DNA from: Octopus sinensis
Taxonomy: Eukaryota
Reading direction: 5' to 3'
Length of the DNA: 64,000 nt
Assembly: GCF_006345805.1 (NCBI RefSeq)
Contig: NC_042999.1
Span: forward strand, 77,872,001 to 77,936,000
Positions 51,946-64,000 of the stretch are shown here, piece after piece. Under the pieces are notes generated by a model. The model was given only the letters and a program-made list of their open reading frames with translations, did not search any database and was not told where the DNA came from. Numbering within the stretch: position 1 is the stretch's first letter; each line of letters begins with the position of its first letter. A program made the position numbers and the translations under genes.

Positions 51946-54021
51946 AGAAGCTGTTTATTGTGATCAATGTGGAATGAAGTAGGCTGATGACATAGCAATG
52001 CCTTGCATGTTTGATACACACTAATCTTGGTAACAAAAACTGTTTGGTAACATTATCCATGGTTATAATAAACAGTTTGCACTGCATGCAAGAAATGTGT
52101 CATAATGTAATGTCACAATATGACCTCCTCCTACTACTGATGATGATGATGATGATGACTGTTTCTAAGTGAGGCACAAGGTCACAAATTTACAGATGAA
52201 GTTTGTTGGTTAATTAAATTAACATCAGCATTTATTTTATCACACTGGAAGAATGAAAGGGGTAAAGTTAACCTTGGCAGCATTTGAACTCAGACCATAA
52301 AGCACTAAAACTAAATACTGAAATGCTTTGATGATTCTGCCATCTACCACATGGTAATGATAATTATTGTCCAATATGTTCTTTATTTTTAAGGAAGATT
52401 TGAATGAATCTGGCTGTTATTTCCAGCAGGTTGAGCAACCATCTAGTGCAAGCATAGACAACAGTTTTGGAGGAGTGAGCAGAATGAGACATGACTCATC
52501 ATCAGGCAGCCTGGCCCACTGAAAGAATGTAAGTTAACTTTTCATTGGCATGCCTTCCAGAAAGTCCCATGTGCTGCTGTTTGCCCATGAATGATCTAAA
52601 GGTGAATTATTCAGGTGTCTCAACAATCCAATGGGTTATGGAAAAGGAGAATGAAAGAACTGGAATTGAACTGAGATGCTCTCTTCAGATTGAATTACCA
52701 GAACAGGGCAGGATGTCAGTAGCATAGATTGAGATGTATTTTTCATTTCGTATTTAATGCTCCCTATTATTATTATTTAAGACAAGGTAATTATTTACTA
52801 TAATTAAATTATTTGAAGATGACGTTACTGGGATATAGTCAAGTAAGTTGACTCCTAGTACACTACTGGTTCTATTGTTCTTTATTTGATTCAAGATGAC
52901 GTGCAAGGTAAACTCTGGTGAGGTTTGATGAAAGTATGTTGTAGTTTAAAATCAAGTTGGTCCTGAATGTATAAATCTATATTCAAAGGTGTTCCAGCCG
53001 TGATTAGTCTGATTTTCAGACAGTGTATTTAAGATTTACAATGATCAGTAGTCTGCTTTTTTTTGGCTTTTTTCCTAAAGACTATATGGGATTGGCAGTT
53101 TTTTCCAGTGGATTGAGTGAATATATAGAAGTTGACTTGTTTATATGAATGTGATTTGGCATTGCTATCAAGCATTTCTGACACACCACCATCCAATTTT
53201 GTTTACACTTATCTGACATGTATTGTTAATAAGATCATCTTTCTTACTCTTAACCACCCCTTTTCTCAACGTTGGAGAGAAGCTTGTTCAATGCCACATA
53301 CAAAACCCGCTTTACTTTCCACAACCCCTGACAGAAATGAATCTCATAAAACAACAAAAGTTCCCTGACCACATTATACAAATATATTCATCTTTACAGT
53401 TTCTACCAAGATGAATATGTTAGGGTTAGGGAACATGCATCTCAGGAAGAACACAAAGGTGGTTCACCGTCAGCCAAATGAAATAAGCTGCTGAGGGATT
53501 TGTAAATTCTCACTCTACCACTGAAGCCACATAGAAAGCTATGACATGGCTTTGAATAAAGAGAGCAGGTCCATAATGTTTGTTATAACTGGGCTGCAAG
53601 CCAGAACCTGATCAGTCTCAGCATGAACAGCTGGGAAAGGGGTCTGGTGGTGAATAATTCAAAATGCCCTTATGACCTCAGGAATATTATTGTTAGTGCA
53701 TCTCAAATCATAGAATTAAAACATTTTTCAGTATTAAATCTACACTATATGTCCACCAGTTTAATCTCCAGTTGCTATCAAATGTCATACTCTTGCATGT
53801 GTATATAGCGCAAGGCTAAATTTTAATATGGAACCTGATACATTTAGTTGAAAAAATTATAATCTTGCTTATGGCAGATAAGTACTCAATGTGTTTACAA
53901 CTATTAACACATATTCTGGTTGTTAATAACTGGAGTTGACTTTATCTGTCACTATTCACTCTGTGTGGTGCCTGAAACCACAACAAAAAGTTCACAATGT
54001 TATCTTAATAGATGTAATGAT

Positions 54022-54275
54022 GATCATCTGTTTAACGTCCATTTTCCATGCTGACATGGGTTGGACAGTTTGACTGAGGTCTGGAGAGCCAGTGGCTGCA
54101 CCAGGCTCCAATCTGATCTGGCAATGTTTCTACAGCTTGATGCCCTTCCTAATGCCAACCACTCCGAGAGTGTAGTGAGTGCTTTTTACATGCCACAGCA
54201 AGCCAGTCAGTGGATACTGGCATTGGCCATGTTTGGATGGTGCTTTTTACGTGTCACTGACATGGGAGCCATATT
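54022..54275 (-). mobile_element. RTE 3' tail fragment
   Basis: Same tail motif on the minus strand. Confidence 0.78.
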
Positions 54276-54379
54276 TGCAAAGAATATAGTTTACTACCAT
54301 TTAAATGTACAACTTTATCATATAAATTAATGTTAAGGTGTACTGCAATGTTATATTCATGATTAAAAATGCTGGTCAT

Positions 54380-54645
54380 TTGGTGCACAGGGACATTCGA
54401 TAAAAGTCCTAAATGTTGGGAGAGAGTGTCTGGCAATATTTAGAAGATCCATGTGGCTTGCTAGCTGTCTTGATTTGAACTCCCTGGATAGCTACATACG
54501 GGGCATCAATGAAGTAGGACTAATTGGTAGCCTCATAGTACCAAAGACTTGTTGGGGATGCTGTCAAAGGCATAATAGGCACGGGCACCTTATCTTGGCC
54601 AGCCATCGCTTCTGTAGCCTTAAGCCCAACGGGAGTTTTGATGAA
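54380..54645 (+). mobile_element. Decayed DD37D/Tc1-mariner transposase relic
   Basis: MWLASCLDLNSLDSYIRG resembles WPPNSPDxNPLDYYVWG of the 39.3 kb copy. Confidence 0.55.
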
Positions 54646-55689
54646 TGATCTGTTTCTTGAACATTTCTAGCTAAATGTAAGTGGAAGCAGTGTTTGCGAT
54701 TACGTTTGAAATCTTTGTCTTTCTTCTCAGATACCTTGACTTCCTGTAGATGTCAAGGGTAACTGTTACATTTTATAAGAAAAAACCAGTAATTCTGATC
54801 AACCTTTTACACAACCATGCCTGTCTTCAAGCAGTTGACTGTGAACACCAGTGCTTAGGATATTTATCTTTATATAATTATAAATGAACCTTGCACTGGT
54901 TCTGACATTGAGTATTTGAGTCATACAACAGAATTACCTACACACTGAATATTGTAGACACTTAAATCCTTAATGCAATCTATAGAAGCAATTTGACATT
55001 GCTGCTGGCCTTTAAATTACAGCAACAGTTCATCTCATAAGATTCTACATAAGTTTGTCTACCCAATTTCACTCACAAGGATTGGGTTGACTCAAGGTTA
55101 ATGTAGAAGAGGCATCACAGAAACTAATCCAGTCAGAAAATTGGATAGTTTGCATGTCATTATTAACACTTATCTGAGTAGGTTAATCCACCAAGCTGTA
55201 AGTAGTTACTTCAAGGAATGACTGCTCTAAGCAGTGGTAGCATTGTAAAATTGATGAGGGTTTTATTTGATTGCAGTGATTGAGTATAGTTTGGTGGAGG
55301 AATCGTGTCTGCCAGATAAATTATTCTAAACAGAGATGAGTAGTTCAGTGGTACTTTTATAACCCAATGAATATGTTTACCACCACAGCCAACAACAATA
55401 TCACACATACACGCAGAGACCATTATAGATGAATATGTTTTGGTGGGGGGCAACCAAAGTGAGAAGTCAAGTCACAAATATGAATCAATAAGGTTTAATG
55501 CATTGAAATAATAAATAATCAGGGGAAATATTTTAAAAAAAATGTTGTAGTCATACTGACAGGCATAGAACTGTTGATGATGATTGTGATGATGATGATG
55601 ATGATGACGACAACAACAAACATGTAAGGGTGGTAGAGATTGAGTAGATGATTCAGATTAATTAATACAGTTCAGGTCAGATAACTGTT

Positions 55690-58600
55690 AAATTCTCAAA
55701 ATAGAGTTTTATTTTCTTCTTTTTTCATTTTACATATTTTCAGCAGAAATAAAAAAAAAAACACAAGGAAAGGAAAGAAAAAAAAAACAAAAGGAAAAAA
55801 ACAACAAACACAAACATTAACAATCTTATTACAGTTTCATATGATATGAAGTATAGAAAATAAAGGTTCTTCTATCATAACATGAAAATTTACTGATTTC
55901 AATTGCCACAGAATAAGTTCATTAACAAGATTGTGGTTTAGCATGGTGATATAATAAAGGAGATTAAATTTACATAGTAGTAGCTTAAATACTGTTCATA
56001 AATGACCAAACAATTTTAGTCTTCCTGTAATTTCATGTCAAAAGCTGAAACCCTTTTTAAAATGAAAGGGGCAGAGGGGGTGAAAGCAACAAAACCCAAT
56101 TTAAACAAGAGAGGCTGTTCCGAGTTTTAAATAAATGTGGATATGTTTAGGTGGAGGGGGATGATTGTTTATACACAAAATCGCACCCAACCCCAACCTT
56201 CCAGTGAAAAATCTTCTAGAAAAGTTTAAGACAAACTTATAACTAAACATAGGGAAGCTGAATGAATTTAGTGGAACAAAGAAGTAGAAACTCAATACCA
56301 GTAGGTCTTCACTAAACCACAAATAAACAATACTACTACTAATAATAATGTGTGTGTGTATGTATATATTCATATATATATATATATATATACATATGTA
56401 GCAATCAGATATATACATGGATAAAAAGACCCTCTAGAGGATTTTGTACTGTCATGCTATCACTTTAATACACTTGTGCATACATTCATACCAAAGCTGA
56501 AGTACAGTACCAGCTTTAAGAGCACCTACTGCTCTTGGAAACAAACAATTCATATACACACATACATACTGGATTTTATACACACACACACACATATAAA
56601 CACTATACTCACGAACTTCCATTCAATTTGAACATGAGGTGATGGTAGGATGAATTTACATTCATAATTTACACAACACTATAAACTAACTTGTGTACCA
56701 AAGATTATATATATATATATTTATATATATAACGAAAAAAATCTCACTAACATAACGAAAAATCTCACTAACAATAACGAAAAAATCTCACTAACATAAC
56801 AATAACTTAGCAAAGTCATCTGTGCAATGCAAAGTGTTATTAATAATTAATATAAAGCTGCTTTCAGCCTCACATTGACCAAGTCACTAGATTAATAGGC
56901 TACATACACCTGCAAAGTTGGGTAAGCCTTGTTGTAAAGAATATGGCAGCATATTGCAATATGAAGTAGCATCTGCATAAAAAAAGGACAAAAAAAGGTA
57001 AAACAAAAAAATCCCAGCCAAACACCCCTCCCTATAAAAGTATTTTATAATTGTTGGTGATATTTAGAAAATACACTGTTTTATAAAATAATGATTTTTT
57101 TTGACCAAGCACAAGGTCCAACATACTAGAGGGAGGGTGCATAGACAAGTGAATCAAATCCAATGTGTCACTGGTACTTACTTTAATGAACTGCGGAAGG
57201 ATTTAAGACCTCAGAGATATTAAACTCTCTTTGATAGAAACATCAAAGTTCATTAAATGTCAAAACTGAGTTATTAATAACATTTATAACTGTTTGGACT
57301 ATTAACATTTTCTTTCAATATTTACATATACACTACACTTTGATTCATTTGATCTCTGATCAAATACGCAATATAGGTGTAAATATTGAAAAATAGTTTT
57401 GTTTCCAAAGATGAAAAAGTGTAAATCTTACCAAACATGCAGTCAAGTTACTGCAAAATCCATTTAAGAAGAGAGGTGGAAGAAAAGAGATATCGATTCC
57501 TGAGACACAAAGCCACTAGTCATTTAATGAAAATGAGATTGTGTGATGTCCATGCCTTTCTCAACAGTGAGCAATAGGGGGCATAAATGAAGAAGGCCCT
57601 CAGCCATCAATTGAAACTGGGTTACTAATCTGAATCATCAGGAGCTTATCTCTTGTTTGTCATTTACAAAAAAAAAAAAAGAAAGAAAGAAAGAAAAAGA
57701 TACTACTATTTATGTTGTTGTTTAATCAAACATAACTAAATGCACATGTTAAAAGTCAACTAAATATGTACTGGTCAAGTACTATTTAGTATGTGTGAGC
57801 AGGTGTGACAATGTGCATGTGCCAATGATTTAATTAGCATGTAAAAAAAAGTACTTATATTAAACTATATATTAAATTGCCAACAACCAACAAAAGTTAC
57901 AAAAATCAGGGATTTTACCAATAAGGCAAAATATAGAGAGAAAGCCTAATTTATACAAAGAAAAAAAAAAAAGGAGAAGTGAGACACAGCACTGGGGATG
58001 ACTTCTTTTTAGATTCTATCAATTGGAGATTTAAAAAAAAAAATTTAATTCATATTATTTTAATGAAATACTTTGAATAATAAACACTGAAATATAATGA
58101 GTCTTTTTATCTTAATCTGTTATATAAAATGCTGTAAAAAAAATAATAAATACTATGAGAGAAATACAGGCAGACAGACAGACACAGAGAGAAAGAGAGA
58201 GACACACACACACAGGAAAAGCAGTTTAAATACATATTTTATTCAGATTAAAATCTTTTTCCAGACTGGATAAAGGTTGCCAATCAAACTAAAGAGAAGG
58301 AGAAGTTATAGTAGAAAGAGAAAGAAGAGAGATAGAGATAGAAAGAGAGAGAGAGAGAGAAGAAAAAATTCTCAAAAAAAGTTTTCAAATATTTATGCAA
58401 ATAATTTTTTTTTCTTTCTTTCCCCAATCAACAGTTTTTGATTGCTATTTCGTGTGTTCATGTATGCAAGCATGTGTGTTTATATACTTATATATATGTG
58501 TGTGTTTGTATGTGTTTTACTGTCTTGTTTGTAATTACTATGCAACGTAGAGAGGAGCAGATGACGGAGAGAGATAGAGAGAGAGAGAGGCCATTGACAG

Positions 58601-58932
58601 GAATAAGATGGCTGTCAGTTCTAGGAGCATTCAGCTCAGGCCTTACAAGACACCCAAGAAATAAATTACAGCGGCTGTGCCCAAGACATAGATCTCCACA
58701 GGCTATGTACAAGAAGCTGTACAATTTTGGCACTACAGTCCTCTAGTGTTTTCCTTTAATTTTATTCCTTTATATTTTTTAAATTTTAAGTTTTTCTCTT
58801 TTTTTTAAATTTTAGTTATCATTATTATTTTTATTTTTTCACACAGTTTTAACAGTGGTCTCCTCCCCCAATCCCTCCCCAAAACACAAGAAACTTAAAC
58901 CACATTGTTGCTAAGGTCCAGTGATCAAGCTG
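55690..58932 (-). other. Probable 3'UTR of the PP2A B56 gene
   Basis: U-rich on -, no recognisable SINE or LINE; AATAAA on - at 58238-58243 and 55708-55713. The distal end is inferred. Confidence 0.5.
56730..56800. repeat. Three-copy ~21-23 bp tandem repeat TAACGAAAAA(A)TCTCACTAACA
   Basis: Direct inspection. Confidence 0.9.
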
Positions 58933-59032
58933 TTAAGATGGAGTCTTGTTGATGAATCTAGTCTTGTTGTTAACTTCAAGCTTTTCAAGTTCTCTCCACA
59001 GTTCTTCTCTGTCCTTCTCTCTTTTTTTCTCC
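58933..59032 (-). CDS. PPP2R5: PP2A regulatory subunit B56 (alpha/epsilon/widerborst-like), terminal exon
   Basis: Phase-2 exon after a long polypyrimidine tract. Encodes (R)EKKREKDREELWRELEKLEVNNKTRFINKTPS*, matching the B56 C-terminal REKKKEKEREELWxxLExLEL motif. No upstream exon was found in the window. Confidence 0.85.
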
Positions 59033-59179
59033 CTTCACATTGAGAATTTCCAAAAAAGAGAATAAAAACAAAAACAAAATTATAAAAAGAAAAAAATAAA
59101 CAAAACAATTTCATTTGAAAGACATACAAAAGTTGATATTTTACACATTACACACATATTTCCAACTGTTCAGAGGGTT

Positions 59180-59700
59180 CCCTACAAGTAGTTGACAGCT
59201 TCCATTCTCTGGATGACTGATTTACCACTGGAGGAGAATGTTCCAGAAGCACAGAGCTAGAGCAAGAACAAACAGCATAAGTCTGGGGAGCTTTTACTTG
59301 TGATTGCAACAAAGGGATTTTCTCACCAAGGAGTAGATTGTATGACACTTGTGAATAAAGTGCAATGTTGCATGTTAGAGAGGCACTGAATTTGGAAAGA
59401 AATGAAGTGAGCATGCTACGTTGGGTGAGTAATGTTAGAATACATGGATGAGCTAAGTATAAGAGGAATCAATAGTAGTGTGCCAGAGAAGACTGAACTG
59501 ATACAGACATGTGATATGGATAGATGATAGACAGGTAAAGAAGTACCATCTTGTGAGTGAATGACGGTCAAGGAAGATATGACAAGATGTGTGGAAGGTT
59601 GATATTAGGAGGGTGAATTTTATGAAGGAAATAATAAAAGTCTGCAACAAGTGATGAGACTATGTTCATAAAGACCTAACCAGCTTATGCAAGCAAAACA
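59180..59700 (+). mobile_element. Old RTE ORF2 3' relic (intronic)
   Basis: Diverged match to 33590-34190. Confidence 0.65.
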
Positions 59701-59892
59701 AAAAAAAAAATAATAAAATAAAGATGAGCATAGTGTTTGTGTATCCATGTTAACAAACTGGAAAAATAAGTACTTGACTTTGGAAAATGAAAAGGTGGAT
59801 AAACAATTCTTTTAATAGAATAAGATGGTATTCAAAAAACATCCAGTATGAAATATTCACTACGCACACAAAACGCCAATCTTCAGGTGTGT

Positions 59893-60283
59893 ATTCTTTT
59901 ATTCTTTTACTTGTTTGTCATGCTGAAGCACTACCTTTAGTCGAGCAGGACCTATTCTTTGTAAGCCTAGTTTTTATTATATTGGTCTCTTTTGCCGAAC
60001 TGCTAAGTTATGGGGACGTAAACACACCCACCAACATTGGTGTCAAGTGATGGTGGGGACACACAGACACACAAATACATAAATATCCGTCAAATGTAAA
60101 TAATGTGTGTGTATATATATATATACACACACATATATGATGGGCTTCTTTCAGTTTCCATCTACCAAATCCACTCACAAGGCTTTTGGTTGGCCTGAGG
60201 CTATAGTAGAAGGCACTTGCCCAAGGTGCCACATAGTGAGATTGAGCCCGGAATCATGTGGTTGGGAAGCAAGCTTCTTACCA
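59893..60283 (-). mobile_element. SINE family A
   Basis: Family A motifs. Confidence 0.85.
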
Positions 60284-62019
60284 CTCCCGTTTTGTAAATC
60301 TATGGAGACAGCCTTTGATGATGATGTTACTACTACAAAGAAATTTTCCAAAAGCTATTTTGTATGCATAAGAATCTTTACTAAGGATACTTCAGACTAC
60401 ACTAAACTTTAACATATCTTTATGATTTGTATTGAGTACCTTTTACCTCTTATTTGTTTCTGTGTTAATTTAGATTTCAGTCTTATAGCTGGCAGTTATC
60501 TGTGTTATCACAGCATCAGCAATCAAAAATGTTCAAATAAGAGGTTTCATCATAATACTACAGGTTGCATATAATGATTAATTATGTATTGATAAATTCC
60601 AGTTATTTATCTTTTTATAAATATAACACTACCCTACCGCAATTTCTTTTCTTTGTATTACTAATCAATACAAAATAATATTTCAAACAGTCATTTGGAT
60701 ACATTGGTTTAATTCACTCTATTCGTATCCTGGCAGAACATATGGTCAAACAGATTGTATAACCAGAGAATTAATTATGGATTACTGTCATGCCTCCAAC
60801 ACTCATGGCTACTCTAGAGGACAGTGCATAAATGTTAAATTATTCTATCTAGAAGTTAAATTTGTTTAAACTAATGATAATGAATCATTAAGTGTTCTAT
60901 CATCATCATTAAGTTCTATCATCATCATTATTTAGTGTCCATCTTCCATTCTGGCACGGGTTGAATGGTTCAACAAGATCCAACAAGTAGGCAGACTGCA
61001 TTGAGTTCCTAGGTCTGTTTTGTCATGGTTTCTATTGTTAGATACCTAACCTAACGCCAACCATTTTACAGAGAGTACTGGGTGCTCATTCTGTGACACT
61101 GGTACTAATGAGAACACCAAAAATGACACACAAAGAAAAAACCTTTGACTGAGAGAAGTTATAGTAGCAAGGGAGGTGGCTTTTAGGCTAGGTGTTGAAA
61201 GGCTCAAGAATGATACAGGGACAAGCACAAGTGACTTGCTATATGGAAAATACAATGGGTACTTTGTCTTACATTATATAAGGGTGGATGGGAGTAGCTA
61301 GAAAGACAACAATGGTGGTGACAAAGTGTCAGAACATACTCTCAAGACACAAGCTGAATATAAAAGAATCAAGGAGGGTGGGTGGAGTGAAAGGAGAATG
61401 ACAAATGGGTGTAGAAGTGAATGTAGTGAAGGTGTGGCCAATGGTAAATATTAGCTGGGTTGGGTGGAGGTCAAAGAATAAAGATCTGCTCAGAAAAAGT
61501 GATAAGTGGCAGTACAGGAAGGGAGGAAAGTAGTAGTTTAACATATCTGTAGGTAGATCAGAAAATATGGAAAGGGAGATGAATGTTAGAGGTGACTATA
61601 GTGAGAGACAAAGGTTGGTAGGGGGAGGAGCATCGATGGCAGATTTGCCATAGTGATAACAGAAAACAGTGGGAATTAACAATAAGATAATAACAACCCA
61701 ACGATGCATCTCAGGGAGATACAAAAAAGAGTGATTGGTAGAAAATAAAATGGGAAAAGACGATATTGAGAATGATGGATGGATTTTAAAAGGAAGTGAT
61801 TCTAAGGAGAGGGGAGGTAACTAGTAGCACAAAGGAGAATGAGCTGTATGCATATTCTGCTCCTATATGATTACAGAAGGTGAATAGCGCTGAAGTAAGA
61901 AGAGTGATGAATGATAGGAAGGTGAGAAATGGGAAGGGCTTGATGAAGACAGATTGGGTGTTAGGGCCCAGGCCTAATGAGTGCATATACATAAACATTG
62001 TACTTAGGATCTCATTTTC

Positions 62020-62520
62020 GTCAAGACAAATGGGGCTTTTCAAGTGAAACAAATCATCTCTATGAGGCTCAGGGTCCAAAGATCCATCATCACTATTTTG
62101 TTCCATGTCTTCCTGAATTTCCTTCTACAAATTGTATCACATATAATGATTGGCCCTCCTTTATATATACTGTCATCTTCCACATGCATCAAAAGCCATA
62201 TCAGCATAGTTTTCTCTCTTGCATACATCTGATTTCTCTTACACCAAATATTTTTCTCAACACATTTGCATTTTGTTATACAAGGTATTGACAATGCATA
62301 TCCAGCAGAGCAAAGTAGCTTCATTTCCAGTCTTTGTAAGTCCTCTGCATTCATGGCTCACATTTCATCATCATGCAATATTGTGGTTTGAACACAAGAA
62401 TTATACCACCTGCCTTTCATTCTGAGAGAAAATAACTTTTGTTCCCTGTTTTCTAAACTTTCTCCACCCTGTTCCTATTCTAGTAACTATACTTTCAGAA
62501 CAGTCTCCTCTATTGCTAGA
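62020..62520 (-). mobile_element. Old RTE ORF2 3' relic (intronic)
   Basis: MNAEDLQRLE and RRKFRKTW. Confidence 0.65.
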
Positions 62521-64000
62521 ATTCCTCTTAGCATATATAAACTAGTATTAAGAAATGTAAACCAATTAACATCAGATAGGGGTAGTATTATCAATCATAT
62601 AAATAGATATTTGTCTCGATTTGTAGTTATCTAAACTAACTTATTAAAGATTGAGCTGTTGGCTAGTAAACTGTCCCGTTATATTTTTTATTTAAAAAAT
62701 ATTTTCAAATACATTTCATAAATGTAAACAAAGAGATTTTAGAGTTTCTTTAAAACTCATTTGACCATTAGACAAAGGTGAAAACCTTCTGTAGAAATAC
62801 AATACCTTCCTAGAATATATTTCCTTCATGGATAATAAAAATTCTAAATATAGTGAATCTAATGGATTGTTTTATTGATTTTGCTTTAATAATAGCAGCG
62901 TCTTGTTTGTGTTATATGTTCTTTAGTTGTTTCCAAATATTACCTGTATAAATATGATTAATGCTGATTTGAATATTTTCACCCCTGGTGACTGTGATAA
63001 AATGAAGGAAACAGTTTATGAAGTTGAAATCTAAATATACACCATCATTATCAGCATCTTTTATTGTCCATCTTCCCTATTGGCATTGGTTGGATTGTTT
63101 GACAGGCTCCAATTGATCTGAGAACTACCTCAGGTTCTAATGTCTGCTTTGGCATAATTTCTATGGATGGATGTCCTTCCTAATGCTAACAGAGAGGAGT
63201 GAGTGTTTTTTTTTTAGCACTTGCACTAGTGAGGTTGCCATTCAATCTGCAAGACTAAGATCCCCTTCAAATGAGTGGCGCTATAGTAGAGGAGGTGGCT
63301 TTATGCTAGATGAGATGAGATGTTTAAGTATGAAAGGAGGGGCCAGAACTGAACAGGTTTCTTACTGTAGAGGAATTACATGGCTACTCACATTATAGAA
63401 GAGGGATAGAACTGGAAAGAGAGATAAAATAGTGGTGATCAAGTATCAGGATGGATCTTGAAGGTAAAAGAAGGTTAATACAGGTGAGTGGGGACAGAAA
63501 AACAGCAAGTGAAAGTGGATAGAGGTTACAAGAATAAGGGATAGTTATAAATGGGAAATGGTTGAGGGGACAAATATAAAGAATAAAGCTTGAGAGGTTG
63601 TTGATGATAAATAAACAAAAAGAAGATTAGGAGGAGTAGGTGATGACTGTAGAGATTGAGAAGGGCTGAAGCATGGAAGTAGTGAATGATAGAGGGGTGA
63701 ATAGTGATACAGGAGATAGAAGGGAAGGTAATGGAGAGTAGTACATGACTGACAACTCATAAGAGGGTAAGGAGTCTCAGAGTAGTAATAATAAGCAGGG
63801 AAAGGCTGAGAGAGAAGGAGATGACAATAGGCAGGTAGATTGCATGAGAGTGAAAGGAGAGGTAGATATAATACTGAGAAAGATTGAGAGGTGTATGGTG
63901 GTTTAGGAGAGCAAATCTGGCAGCACAGAAGGGTGTGAATGGAGAGGGACAATATTATTAGGGAGGGATGTTAAGTGTAGTGGTTCCAGGAAGTGAAAAA

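Noticed and set aside
53419-53431. TTAGGG twice
   Set aside because: Two units only; expected by chance.
58911-59129. 72-aa minus ORF in the track
   Set aside because: Wrong frame and partly intronic; the B56 motif is in another frame (58933-59032).
59180-62520. Oppositely oriented RTE relics in the B56 intron as an editing duplex
   Set aside because: The copies look too diverged by eye to form stable dsRNA.
61250-64000. Purine-rich tracts with minus-strand Ser/Pro/Leu-rich ORFs
   Set aside because: Low-complexity sequence trailing decayed repeats; no B56 penultimate-exon motif (ALVYNVLK/FMEMN-like) was found.

Overview
AT-rich, repeat-dense animal genomic DNA. The repeat complement (tRNA-derived SINEs, RTE LINEs with (GAT)n tails, abundant microsatellites) looks like an octopus or other coleoid cephalopod; the species is inferred, not shown. 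Two convergent protein-coding genes are partly present. The first is the last three exons of RNASEH2C on + (171-239, 5976-6139, 8189-8257). The second is the terminal exon (58933-59032) and probable ~3.2 kb 3'UTR of a PP2A B56 regulatory subunit gene (PPP2R5/widerborst-like) on -. I found no recognisable coding exon in the ~47 kb between them. That gap holds an orphan CpG-rich promoter-like island (~13.7-16.2 kb) with a candidate non-coding exon, plus many mobile elements: hAT, mariner, DD37D, pogo/Tc2-like and piggyBac-like MITEs, RTE, R4/Dong-like and CR1-like LINEs, Penelope-like elements and three SINE families. The best leads are hammerhead-ribozyme relics (including a TSD-flanked palindrome carrying two), a Ser codon at a normally Gly position of RNASEH2C that one A-to-I edit would repair, the orphan promoter, and a compact hairpin. 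No complete novel system is demonstrable from sequence alone. All family calls are by eye; no database search was run.
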